Source: Octopus vulgaris
Taxonomy: Eukaryota
Length of the DNA: 64,000 nucleotides
NCBI GenBank assembly: GCA_951406725.2
Contig: OX597815.1
Location: 93,124,001 to 93,188,000, forward strand
Reading direction: 5' to 3'
The notes beneath the pieces are model-generated. The model had not been told where the DNA came from and ran no database searches. It saw nothing but the letters and a program-made list of their open reading frames with translations. Shown one piece after another: positions 38,652 to 52,709 of this stretch (positions are counted from its first letter, which is position 1; each line of letters opens with the position of its first letter). The translations under genes were made by a program, and so were the position numbers.

Positions 38652-41600
38652 CCTTAACTTCTTAGGATAGGAAATAAATAATAATGTAATCCCAGATTTA
38701 CTACGTATGGTGGTGGGGAAGAGAACCAGGTTGTTAATACCTGAAAAGCTTTTCACCAAAATTTTGTGGCAGGAGAAATGCTCTAGGTCTAAACAGCAGT
38801 AATACAGTCTGCATCAACACTAGATGCACAGAAACCAATCCAAAGACCATGAACACAACAAAACAAATATACTAAAAGCAGACCATCTGGACATGTGAGG
38901 TACGAGTTTGATACTGTAGCAATTACATGTCTTACCACTTCCTGACTAACCAATTATCTTTCCTTTTCTCTAGAATCACTTCCTTTTGATATCCATCCTT
39001 TGCTCTTAACATCATTCCTCTCTGCTCATATTTTCCATTGATCACCCTTTTTGTACTACCAGTTATTTTTTCCTCTACCTAAGACCACTTCCTATCAATA
39101 CCCATATCTCATTCTTAATACTATCTTACATCAACCATCCACTACATTCACTTCTGAGTGCCTCTGAGCACTCCAACCCCTATCACGACAAGTCCTCACA
39201 CTCACCCACATGCTTTCAACCTTTATCCACCCACAATTCCTGAGCATCCAACTCATCTTGTACCTTGAGGATATACTCTGATACCATGTCACCAGCTTCA
39301 CCTCAATTAGTCTCAACTGCCCTTATATGATGTTGGGTAGTATAGGAAGACACCGTCCCTTTTCTTTTTAAACTCCTAGTATAAAGCTAGCTCACTCTCA
39401 GCTGAGGGGGTGGGGGTGCTTTAATCTTCTGAGTTACATATTACATGGCTACCTCATTAGTGCTAGTGCCATGGAAAAGGCATCCAATACACTGTAAAGT
39501 GGTTGGCATTGGGAAGAGCATCCAGCTGTAGAAACCATGCCAAAGTAGACATTGAAGCATGATATAATTCTCTGTCTCATCAGGTCCTGTCAAACCATCC
39601 TTACTCATGTCAACATGAAGGGCGGACAAACAATGATTACAAACACACACAACTGTACATATATTTTATTCAATTAATGCCTTCAAATACACTTTGCCAC
39701 AAGTAATTAGCTGATAAACTGAATGTTACATTTATTACCAATGAATTTTCCACGAGTACCAGGTAGTTTAAGTATACAACTAGAGTTTAAAATAGCTACT
39801 GAAGCTCTTGTAGTCATGATGAGAATAATGTTGAGGTTGTTGATGTTAGTAAAAAAAAGAAGGAAATATACAAGATTTCAGTAATTATGCGAGTGGAATA
39901 CTACTTATTTATGGGAATAAGATCACTCAGAGAGTATAACTTATGTACCTTATACATATGTCTGCATCAACTTTCATGTAACCAGGGGATGTAAAGTTGT
40001 ACTCCATATGTAACTATGGTTTCAGGATTCAAATATAAATTGGGTTTTCAATAAGGGATTTTCACAATTCCAGCTTTCAACTATATTTCTATATATTTGT
40101 TGGGGAAAGTCAAATACAATCCTACTTAGTTTAGAAATAATTCTCATTTATTTTCTTAAGTCTGATACTGATTGAAGTATGTCTACAATTGAACCTAATG
40201 TTATAATGACAACATACACCTCTTTTCATTACCAACTGTTCTACTAGCTAGAGATGTTAGCCCTCACCCCTACATAATTTTGACCTCTGGCAAAACTCAC
40301 CTACAACTCCCACAATCCCCACCACCTACCGCAGGCCCTTCTAGTTCCCTAAATATCTCCCCTCACACTCTTACATAAAATCTCCTCTGCACTACTTATA
40401 CCTCCCTACTGTTCTCTGTGGGTAGGCCACCCCTCTCTCTCTCACCTCCCTCTGCTTCTCTGCCCTACTGGGGTGATCAAGTATCTCCTCTGTAGTAAGA
40501 TAGATATCTCTGCCCCTCTATCATACTGCAACCTCTTGCCTGGTATATGGCCACTTTTCTCAGTTCCTCTCCCTGTATCAGCTGAGATGTCCTTGTCTTG
40601 CAAGTTACTTGGCAACTGAATGGATGCTGGTGGCACATAAAAAGCACCCATGCTGAAACCACATAAAAAGCATCCAGCACACCTGTGTAGAAGAAGTAGC
40701 AGTATATGTATCTTTCATTCAGCTATATATAATTTGAAACAGGAAATAAAAAACATATGCTAAAAACAAGTTGAGTTCCTCGCGATGAAGGGCATGAAAG
40801 AAGAAAAATTATCTAACAAGTTAAAGGTAGTTTCACTTCTGATGGGTCAAATGGATTAGGACAACAAGCAGCTGCATGTTGTTGTTGGATAACACACACA
40901 CATAGTGGTAGTGAGATGCTGGGATAGCCCATACACAAATATGTGTGCACCAGGATACACACAGTATTATAAGTTGGTATTAAAGTAATATACATAGACT
41001 GATACTGATGTAGGGTTGCATAAGAAAACAAATACTATAAACTATGTTGCGGTTGTGTAACATACATACACACACTCTCAATACTACGCAGTTTGTGGGT
41101 GGTGTTATAGTAAGTATAATAACAATGAACAATGGATAAAACAGACTTGGTGGTGTTGCTGAAAAAGATGCTTTATCAATTAAGTTGATAGCTAAAACAA
41201 TACTCTTGATCTTTTTCCTTGAAGGTTGAATGGAGACCAAATTTTTATACATACATTCAGTCAAACAAGGGAGGCTCTACATGATCACTTGGCCTAGTAG
41301 AAATAACGGTGAAATTTTCTTCAGATAACACTCAACTACTTTAAACAAAGAACACCAGTAGTTTGGTGTATATTGTATCTGAGAAAATAGTCTGGTTAGG
41401 ATTGGCATGACTGAAATCACAGGTCACTCAATCAGTATTGACTATGAGTTAAATGCATATCTTAAGCATGAGAAGCAGAATTGAGTGATAGTGAGAAAAC
41501 AAACAAAACAAAAAAAATCTTAAATTGTTTTTATTTTTATCATCTTTACATTAATCTAAGTTTTGCAATACAACAAAGCTACATTAACTCTCGAGTATTT

Positions 41601-43029
41601 ATCTAGTTTTAAGCTGCAATAACCCTCATGCAGTCTGTACCTAGCTTTAATATACCTCTTATACAATCAGTAAAGCAACCATGAAAAGTCTTTGTTACTG
41701 GTTCCTCTATTTGTATGTACTTGAATAAATCGAGGTACTGAGTGTGGCCTTAAAAACACAAAATCCTAAACATATACTTTTAACATGGATAAGATATGAC
41801 TAATATACATACACACATTATTTCTTTAATTCATCTAAATATATAATTACCTATAACTATACATTTACTTCAAATAAATTGTGCTAAAATTACCCATCTT
41901 TGCAAAGTTGTTACAGAATCTAACCTAGTTATTTAATAATATTTAATAAACTTTTTCTTAACCTACTTTTTTTAATGCCATCTATTTTATTATTTATTTG
42001 TATTTATTTCAATATATTTATATATATACACCTTATATCTATGGTATGTATGTAAGTATGCAATCTTTGTTATGTTAGGCATTAGAAACAATTTACCTAA
42101 CTTTCCTAAGTAAGTACTATATTATTCATATATCCTCAAAGAGGTCATTACTTTGTAAGCAGATGAACAAGTTTCAGTTATGAGAATACCAATATCTCTA
42201 ATGTACAATTATAAGTTTATACAATCAACAAAACATTTAATATTAGATATAATAAAGCTTTCTTTTATAGCAATAATAAAAAGAAAATGAGAAATAATAC
42301 ATAATTCAGTGAAAACATTCTGAGAAAGAATTCCAAATAGAATCTAGAGAGTTTATTCATTTGTGATTCCTGAAATCCACTTTTGAGTTTACAAAAGTCC
42401 CCCCGAGATGTATTAAATTTCTTTTAGTCACTATTGCTTTAAGAAAACTATATAATTCTAAAAGTATTTTAGTTTTCCTCTTCACAACATAAATATTTAT
42501 GTATCCTACAAATATTACCATGGTGAATTACTGAAATGAATTGAAAATAAATGCATGTAGCAAGTGACAGTTTCACTATTATCTTTTATGAAGTTTTTGT
42601 GCAAGGAAAATATACAATATGCTTTAAAAAAAACTGGTGTTGGTAGTGATGGTAAAAAAGAATGTCTAATAAATAAAATGTTAAAATAACATCATTAAAT
42701 TAACACCACCATAACAGGAATCTAAGAGTAGATATTTAGGTTAGATAAAAAGAATTTGGTGGTTAAGGAAGTTTGAAATACTGAACAAAACAAAGAGCAA
42801 AATAAGTAAAAATTTATGGACAATAGAAACTGCATCTAATGATATGTATACAATATGCAGTTTATAAATTATGATAATTTTTAAATGACAAATGACAAAT
42901 GTGAAATTTATTAGACTATTATTGATATCTATGTATTTGTCAGCTTAAACAAACTATTAGTACATTATACAAGTAATGGTTGGGTTGGATGATGTAAAAA
43001 ATGATGCAAAAAGTAGTGGAGCAAGCACT

Positions 43030-43510
43030 TCAAAATCTAGGATCCTACAACATTAAGTCTGTCAATTTTAATTTTGCAGAAGCTTGGAAGCAATTGAAGA
43101 CTTTGATTTTGGAGAATGGTAGGGAAAAGTTGTCGAATAATATTGCACCTAATTTGAATTTTGAAGGATTTGAGGTAAATAATTTTCAGCACACTTTTGT
43201 AAATGCTGGAAAATAGGAAACAACTGAACATGTTCAAGAATAGTTTGAAGTAGATGAAGGTGATCCTGACTATCAGGTGCTCACTGATTAAGAAATTGTG
43301 GATGAGATTTTACGTAGAAGGCAGGAGAAAAGGAAGATATTGACAAAGAGGAAGTTCCACCAGGATAACTGATCTAATGTACATTGCCATTCACTATATA
43401 TCTTCTGAGCTCAAGGATGTCTTTTACACTGAATATTTTCAAAAGTTCATGATGATGATGATGAAACACCAGCATGACAAACAACTGATATTAGATGCTT
43501 TCTTGAAACT
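43030..43510 (+). mobile_element. Probable pogo/Tigger transposase C-terminal relic
   Basis: FAEAWKQLK..LENG.EKL, DEGDPDYQVLTD.EIVDEIL and KQLILDAF resemble Tigger C-termini; disrupted by stops. Confidence 0.45.
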
Positions 43511-45371
43511 AACTTTTCTGACTCCCATTCTTATTTCATCCACCAATATCAAAACTTGTCTCTACAAGCAAAGAGAGCTTCCATTTGTGCACATTTCAGA
43601 AGAGTCTGAATGTTGTGGATTCCCTTTTACCTCCACCTTTAGATACTGACAAAAAGACTTCTGTACTACCACTAACAATACAAAATAAGTACATATCCAT
43701 CACTTTCTTACAATCTCTGCCTCAACCAATCATTACTTGTGTTTGTCTTATGAGTTAACATTATCCTTCTATATTGTGAGACTCCACTCCTCCTTCCTTA
43801 CTTTGATTATAACCAACTTCCCTCACACTCTTACCACCAACCATTGCACAACCATCCTTTACTTGTTCTCTCTTCTTACATTACCCCTACTATTCTTGCC
43901 TCATTACATTCTACCATTACTATCTCATTACTACTCTGCTATTCATGGAAGGTTGGGAGACAGAATTTCCAGGTATTGTGATAGAGGAATGACAAAGCTA
44001 CCTATTTTTCCAGCAGGAGAGAGAAAGCTTGTGTGGTGTATCAGATACCAAAAGATCTGTTATGATCTGCAATTAATCAGGCATCAGGATGAGAAGACGG
44101 TATCAAATATTGGTAAGAGAGTGACAACATGTGGTGAGAGATGAGAGTATGCGTGTGAAATGCAAAATAAATTCTCTTACTACTTTTAGTGCTGTCTCTC
44201 TCTCTTTTCTCTCTTCTACAATTTAACCCCAATCAGCTTGATTCCCATTTCACATTTTCACTTCCTTTGACCTTTCATTTTAGTCTTTCAAGAATTGCCA
44301 TCTCTTGTACCCACATTATTAGTCAGATTGTCCCATATAAACATAGACAATATACAGTAGGTAAGATAGTTAAACTCACTAATGCTGGTGCCACAATAAA
44401 ATGCAATCCAGTGCACTCTATAAAATGGTTGACAAATTAAGTGAAAGCAATATAGATTCAAGACAATCCTTAGACTTGCCTTGCTGAGGACAAAATAATC
44501 TGTCTAGAACAAATGCCATGATAAAGTACACTCACTAAAATGGTTGGTGTTAGGAAGGGCATCCAGCCATGGAAACCATGGCAAACTGCAAAACATTTGA
44601 GCAAGATGTGGTCCTCTGGTCTGTTCAGAACAGTAACTCAGGATAAATAGTGATTAGAACCATAGCAACTGATGCCAGCATGAAATGGTGAGGATGGTAA
44701 GCTATATATGCATATGTGAGTGCATGTATGTGCATGTTCATGCGTACACACACACACATTAACCATCCTTTTAACATGCTAGCATGGATCAAATGAGAAT
44801 TATTGAGGCAACTTCTCTACAACCAGATACCTTTTGTATCATTAGTCATCACTTATTTCCCAGTAAAGCACTATTTCTCCATCTTTTGAACAACAGACAG
44901 ATCGATGGCCAAAACTGTAAACAACGACACCATTTGACACCAGGGACACTATTTATGTAGAGTGTAAAAAATGGGGAAACACAAACCCACTCATGGATAC
45001 ACACATACATAGATGTATAAATGTGTGTCGTTTGTGCATATGTGTGCTACTATGCTACATACACACACACATACATATATCTGAATAAGTACATAAATAT
45101 ATGATGATGATGATGATGGACACTTCCACTGAAAACGACATATGAGTGTTCAGCTTTTGCCAAATGACCTGCACAATAGCTCACTCCCTCTATCAAATCA
45201 ACATTGCTCGAACAGGTACATGGTGTACCATCTGGTGTTAAAGTGATTGCAGAGCAATGTGAGATACCAACATACCAACCAATCTAGAAATCGAAACCAT
45301 GATCTCACACTTGTGAGTGCAACACCCTAAGCACTAGGCCATATGCCCACATTATTAATGATAATAATAAT

Positions 45372-45960
45372 GGTTTCAAATTTTGGCACAAGGCCAGTAA
45401 GTTAGGGGAAGGAGCCAAGTTGATTACATTGATCCCAGTGTTCAACTGGTACCTATTTTATCGAGCCTGAAAGGATGAAAAGCGAAGTCAACCAGTGTGC
45501 TAACAACTCTGCCAGCTCACTGCTTGAATAATGATAATAACAATCCTTTCTACAATAGGCACAAGGCCTGAAATTTGGGGGAGAGGATTAGTTGATTACA
45601 TCAACCATAGTACTCAACTGGTACTTGTTTTATCGACCCCAAAAGGATGAAAGGTAAAATTGACCTTGGCAAAATTTGAATTCAGATGAAATACCGCTTA
45701 AGTATTTCGCCTGGCATACTAATGATTTTGCTCGCTTGCTGCCTTAATAATAATAATAATCCTTTCTACTATAGGCACAAGGCCTGAAATTTGGGGGGAG
45801 GGGTTAAGTCGATTACATTAACCCCAGTACTCAATGGGTATTTAATTTATCAACCCTGAAAGGATGAAAGGCAAAGTCGACCTCGGTGGAACTTGAACGG
45901 GAGAAATACTTCTAAGCATTTTGCCTAACATGCTAACGATTCTGCCAACTCGCTGCCTTA
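45372..45960 (-). repeat. Three head-to-tail copies of the same SINE family
   Basis: Three successive GGCACAAGGCC...GGATGAAAGG...GCTGCCTTAAT units separated by (AAT)n. Confidence 0.75.
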
Positions 45961-45989
45961 ATAATAATAATCAAGATGATGATAATAAT

Positions 45990-47180
45990 GAGCTTCTTGT
46001 ATGTAGTGCTCAAGGACACTACAACTTATTGGAAAGGATTAAAAGAGGGTCACAAAGCAGACAGATAAGTCAAATAAACAAAGACAACTATGAAAGGTAG
46101 AAGTATTCACACAGTACACTGAATAAAGAATAAAGAGAGAAAAATGAACATTAAGAGAGTCACAATAAGGAAAGTATGCAGGCATGTCAAGAGTAGTGTT
46201 GGTGAATTTTAGAAAAATGTAGTGTCTTGACAGTTAACAACTGATGTGGGAGTTTATTCCATACTTTGACAACTCTGAGTATAAAAAATGCTTCCAAAAA
46301 GTTATGGTAAGTGTGCTGTATTTGGATTTTTAAGCATGCCCAAGGATGGTAAAGTACTAAATTCAAAAAAGGTGTTAAATTCTGGGAGATGTTGGATAAT
46401 CTTGCAGGTTTCTACAAAGCTGCTAATGTTGAAACTTTAGTGTATTGATATCCAGAGAAGAAAGACATTCAAGCTATGGTAAATGACGGAGGGTTTTATC
46501 TGGTTGCACATCTCTGGACAGCTTCCAGTAGATTCATATTCTGAAAAGATGGTGGTTCCAGACTAGAGATGTAAAACTGTAAGTGTGGACATATCACAGC
46601 TATATTAGGCTTAAACAGATAGCTGATGAAATGCAGGCGAAGATCTTATTGAGAGATGCTAAGACACCTTTGGCCATTTTGTTAATTTTAGAAATGTGGT
46701 CCCTCTAATGTAGATCATTGTTGACAATAATGTCTAGGTTATATAATTTCAGATGTTTCCTTCTTAAAAATTTAGTCGTACACTTGTCTATAGCTAACTT
46801 GAGATACCAGTCAGCAATTCACTGCCATATTATGCCCAGGTCAGATTGTAAGGAAACATATAAGATTAGTTCTTTTTATTTCAAGGTACAGCTTAATGAC
46901 ATCTGCATAACATGCTTGAAGTTGGTATCTATTTCATTAATGTATGCAACAAATAACAGGAGATCAAAGGTAGATCCCTGTGGGACACTAGATACCATCA
47001 CATAAGGTGTAGAATATTATCCTAGTATTGTGACTACCTCTCTTTGACTCAGGATGCAGGACTTCATCAATTTGGCCATACAGCTTGTGAAACTGACTTG
47101 ACAGTAATTTGAATAGGGGGAATAACACTGAAAATTTTCTACTGTTCTGCAATAATGCAGTTACTAAGGCAGAATTGGAA
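45990..47180 (-). mobile_element. Decayed CR1-like LINE RT fragment
   Basis: Minus-strand VSSVPQGSTFDLLLFVAYINE followed by degraded downstream RT motifs. Confidence 0.6.
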
Positions 47181-48807
47181 AAGTGGTAAAAACTGGTGCA
47201 GGAGAATGAGCTCATCACATCTGCGAAATAAATAAATAAAAAAACTAAAAGGGAAGGCATATTGCACAGACACATGCAGTGATATCGCAGCATTGCAAAA
47301 GTAAATTCAACAGATGTTATGAAATTTGGTGTGAGCAGCAGTGAAGATTGTATACATATATGTGCGGGTGGCACGTAAAAAGCACCCACTACACTCACGG
47401 AGTGGTTGGCGTTAGGAAGGGCATCCAGCCGTAGAAACACTGCCAGATTTGACTGGGCCTGATGAAGCCTTCTGGCTTCACAGACCCCAGCAGAACCGTC
47501 CAACCCATGCTAGCATGGAAAACGGACGCTAAATGATGATGATGATGATGATGATGATATACATATCTTTATATACATACACACATACACAGAGACATAC
47601 ATATATTCACATACATAAATACACACACACACACTCATATATGCATATCTATATATACAATTTTTGCTTAGTATATATCTTAAGTTACGTAAAAATACTG
47701 GCATACAAATATTAAATGATGATGATATAGATATGCATCATACACAGACAAACTGTCATACAGTTTTAGATACAATTCCTTTCAATCTTTAAATTGTGAA
47801 AGGAATACAGAGGTGTGTACTAAATACAGTTAAAGAAAAGAAGCCCACACAGAACCAAAGAATAATCTCTATCCATGGAACAATCCTAGATATATAAAAA
47901 CATACAGAAATGGAGATAGACAAACAGGAAAAATAAAGTGCAAAAATTCAATATGGATGCAGTGCAACAAAGAAATTACAGAAAAAAGGGTACCAAGAGA
48001 ATGGACCATAGTGAAAAAGAAAGAAATATTGGAATAAATCAACATTTTAAGAGATGAATGCAGACAAATAGCATAATCTATTGGTAGCATAGATAGAGTT
48101 ATAAGATACTTTAGAGTGCAATACCAAACTAGTGAATCCCTCAGTCAAGTTGAGGAAGGTTTCAAGAACTTCGTGATTGCATAACATAGTAAATTAAGAA
48201 CTATTATTCATGGGTATCAGCCACTGGAGTAATGGAAAAAGTGATGTAAGATATTACATCTCTTGATCCTATTGGTTGTAGTGCATTAGTGACTCAGACT
48301 TTGTTAAACATTGCTTTCATAACAGATGCAATAGAGAAGTTTAAACTCATGCTAATGTGGTTAGTAATTTGTAAACTGACCAAAATTTATCTCAATAATT
48401 TTATTATCTCTTATTTATCTGTATATTTAATTGTGATGTTAATCACCAAAAATTGTCTACTGATTCACTTGTTCCACATTTCTGATAAAAAGGCCTGCAA
48501 AGTTTTCCAGGAACTGTTTTGTCAGTTATTGCAAATGCTACACACACACACATATATATATATAATATATATACACACACATGTGATGTGTGTGTATTGA
48601 AAGCATGAGAGAGAGAGAGTTTATAATCCTCAGTGACAGTACATTCAACCACTGGTCTATGATATTAACTTGTAAACAGGTGAGAGTAGGTGACAGGAAG
48701 AGCATGCAGCTGGAGAAAAGAAATCTACTTCAACAAGTTTCAACAACCTGTATAAGAATTAAAAAGTAAACATGATGATGATGATGATGATTTATGTAGA
48801 TACAATA

Positions 48808-49760
48808 TAAGGTGTTAGGGCTAAACTCAACAGTTTGCATAAAACAAAAAGAAAACACAGTATCCCATCCCAAAATAAAACCAACTTTAAAAACAAATAA
48901 AAAATATCAACTAAATTACGACTGGGAAATAACAGCTTACTCAAAGTAGCCACCCTCAGCATCTACCATAGCTTCAAGGCAGCTCTAAAACCTGGCACAT
49001 GCATTCCTCACTGTGTCCCTGGGAAAATCTTTGGACACCACCTTGATCTTGGTCACCAGCTTGGCCTTGGTATTGTAGGTAGGTATCGTTCTCAACAGTG
49101 CTCCACATATAGTAAGTCATGGGATTACAATCAGGAAAATTAGAGGGCTAGAAATTGGGGCTGGTGAAGTTGTACAAATTCTTCAACAACCACTTCTGAC
49201 TTTTCCTGGAAGTATGGCAAGGAGACAAATTCTACTGTCATACCTATGTCTTTCAACAGCAACCTGCTCCAGCCAGGGTTTGACTACAGTCTCCAGCAGC
49301 TTGAATTCAGATACATAGTGTCTGAATTGACCCTAAGGCTGTGTTCAAAATGGTCAACCTCACATACCTGATGACCATCACAGTTTTCAAATGTGAGTTA
49401 TCATATGGATTGTATGCAAGCCACTTGTTCTGGATGTTGTGAAACTGGCCCTGGCAGAAGTTCTTTTCATCTGAGAAGAACCAGATCATCCCCAGCTCAG
49501 CTTGGCAGAATGCCTCAGGAGCTTCTTTACTTTTGTCAAGTAGTTTCCCCTTGGCTTTCAGAATTTGTCTCTTGCACCTCACGTAGAAGTGGTAGCAAAG
49601 GTCCTCATTCAAGGCCAGCTTCATGGTGGCAATTTCAACACCCATCTCTCTTGCCAAAGCCCATATTCCCTTGCTTAGATCTTCCATCACCTTGGCCTGC
49701 AAATGGACAAACTTCAGCATGTAGACACAAACAGAATGCCTGTTGTGACCCTATCATGTC
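48808..49760 (-). mobile_element. Decayed maT/DD37D-like mariner transposon
   Basis: WFFSDEKNF, CHTSRKSQKWL, NFPDCNPMTYYMW and terminal GGYFE* motifs. Confidence 0.75.
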
Positions 49761-50802
49761 TTACAGCCTTTACAGTGTTCTCAGACCATTGAATGGTAGT
49801 CATGGTGTCAGCATTTTGATGCCCAGTGCAAATCATCATGATACAGGTCAACTCTCTTCTATTCAGATGGCTCCCAGTCCTCCTTGTCAGCTAACCTTTT
49901 CTGAAGTACATGATGTCAAGGCAAGGAGACAGTAATACACACACACATATATATGACAGGCTTCATCCACTTTTCATCTACCAAATCTCAAAGCTTTGAT
50001 CAGCCCAATACTATTAGTAGACACCTGCCCTATGTGCTATGCAATGAGAATGAACCAATAGGCAGATGATCTAGTCTGTAAAACAGAGTTTGTGGAAGAC
50101 ATGAAGAAGAAATCTTTTATGTGGAAACAAAACCCAGAATCAAGAGGCTTCAGACTATACTTGATAAAGACTAAAATGTATGAAAGAAGACAGGACTCCA
50201 CTGCCATTGTGAACAAAGACTCTGTAGGTGGCAGATGTATGAATATAGAATGATGATAATCCTTTCAACTATTGGTATAGGGATTGAAATTTTGCAAGAA
50301 GGAGCTAGTATGATGGCTGAAATGACGGTAAGCATTTTGTCTGATGTGCAAATGACCCTGCCACCTCATTGTTTTAATGATGATAGATATATGCACATAC
50401 ATTTTCCTTTTACTTGCTTTTGCATCACATGTAATTTCACAGCTAAAAGGCTTTCAAACACAGAACTGAAGATATTTCTACATTTCATGTTGTGTGTGTA
50501 TGATCATCATCATCATTTAAAATCCACTTTCCATGCTGGCATGGGTTGGATGGTTTGATTGAGAACTGGTAAGCCGGGAGACTGCAGCAGGCTTCAATCT
50601 GATTTGGCAAGGTTTCTACAGCTAGATGCCTTTCCTAACACCAACCACTCCAAGAGTGCTTTTACATGCCACCAGCATGGGAGTGTGTGTGTGTGTGTGT
50701 GTGTGTGTAAATAATCCAAATAAGATGGTAAAAGAGTTTAGCACACATTTATTATTAGTTACAATTGTTTTGGTACCACTGTTTTTAACATTCACTGCAT
50801 GT

Positions 50803-50973
50803 AAATGATTTCATGTGAAAAGTTAGCTAATATTTGCAGTTGATTACATTGGAGCGGCACTTCATCAGACTGGCATTCAAAGGTGTGTTCTTACATTTTG
50901 GATGCAAGTCTGATGAAGCACTCCTTCAATGTCATCAACCACATATTATGTGACTTTTCACATGAATTCATTA
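50803..50973. repeat. Degenerate fold-back with CTGATGA on both arms
   Basis: aatgatttcatgtgaaaagt...cttcatcagact pairs with agtctgatgaag...acttttcacatgaattcatt. Confidence 0.55.
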
Positions 50974-52709
50974 AGCTCTTTCTATAACTTCATATTTGGA
51001 TTATATATTACTTTTTGTAAGACCCACACATTGGATTTACTGGTCCTGAATTGTGGAATTTCAATCTTCTTGCAGACTCCAGTTTTAGAGTGGAATTCAG
51101 GTTGAGTATTGCATTGGAAATACTCAGACTTTCTACCTGGTCAAGACCCTAATATATATATATATATAATTTGTGTATGTGCATGCATATATATATATAT
51201 ATAGTATATATATAGTATATATCATCATCATCATCATCGTTTAACGTCCGTTCTCCATGCTAGCATGGGTTGGACGGTTCGACCGGGGATCTGGGAAGCC
51301 AGAAGGCTGCACCAGGCTCCAGTCTTATCTGGCAATGTTTCTACAGCTGGATGCCCTTCCTAATGCCAACCACTCCGTGAGTGTAGTGGGTGCTTTTTAC
51401 GTGCCACCTGCACAGGTGCCAGGCGAGGCTGGCAACGGCCACGGTCGGATTGGTGTATTTTATGTGCCACCGGCACGGAAGCCAGTCGAGGCGGCGCTGG
51501 CATCGGCCACATATATATATAGTATATATATAGTATATATATATATATAGTAATAACAATTATCCATGAATGGATTTAATGCATCGCTATGTGCATTTCC
51601 ACAAATTACATGTTTCTTATGATCATAGTCCGTATTCATGGGATGATTACAATACAGGCTGTAGTATCCATGGACATCAGGTAGATTATATTCATGTGTT
51701 CATTTCCTCAGGTGATAGGACATTACCATTGGAAGCAGTGAATGTATAACTGAAGGTTGTTTATCAATTTTGACCAATGAAAAAGTTGATTGGGGTATGT
51801 GGGCAGTTCTGTGAGCATTTAGTGGGGAGGAGGTAGAAGAGAATGGATAGAGAGAAAAGAAAGGTAATTATAAAGAGAGGGAGGTGTGTATGTGGTGATA
51901 AGAGCTTTTATAAGCATACTCAAAAACGTTTCCCGAAAATGAATGTAAAGGTTGTGTGTGTGTGTGTGTGTGTGTGTGGAGAGAGAGATCGAGAGATCTT
52001 CCTAATTTCCTTTTTTCTATCTTACCTACTTCCTGATAATCTAGTAGTTTGGTGGAACAGCCAACAGTTTATTTTTCACTAACCATGATCTATTATTGAT
52101 TTTATGAAGCCTTGATCAACTATCTACCTATCTTTAAGCAACAAATATTTGCAGACTTCAATAATTTCCTCTTTTACACTTTATTCCTTCTGTTTTCTCA
52201 TATTTTCTAACCTACCACCATTGCTATGTATTTTTTCTTGAAAATTAATACTCTTTTAAATATTTCCCAGCTCTACTCTATCTCCTAATATTCTCTCATC
52301 ATCCTATAACAGTTGTTGTTCTCTTTCCTTGAGGCCACTCATCCCTGCCTTTATTTTCACACTCTTTATGTCACTCTACAACCTATATTACTATGACTAT
52401 TAATTGATATCCATTAACTTAGTGATTATTATTCCTAATTTACTTATTTAAATGTTCTCTTGATTTAATTGCATAAGAAATTACTAGTACTGTTGCCGAG
52501 CTTCTTGTCTAATTATTAGTATTATTCTTCACTTAATGAGCCCTATTCATGATTTATTTGTTTAACTGTTTTTCTGATATTTTGTGCAATATAATTTTTT
52601 TTCTCTTCCAACATGTATAGCCATGGCTTCAAGTTCAATTTGACTGTGTGGCAACTTGAGAAAGTTGGTTCTAAGTCAACCAAAGCCTAATGAGTGAATT
52701 CAGTGCACA

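Noticed and set aside
49393-49935. 180-aa plus-strand ORF
   Set aside because: Antisense shadow of the maT transposase relic.
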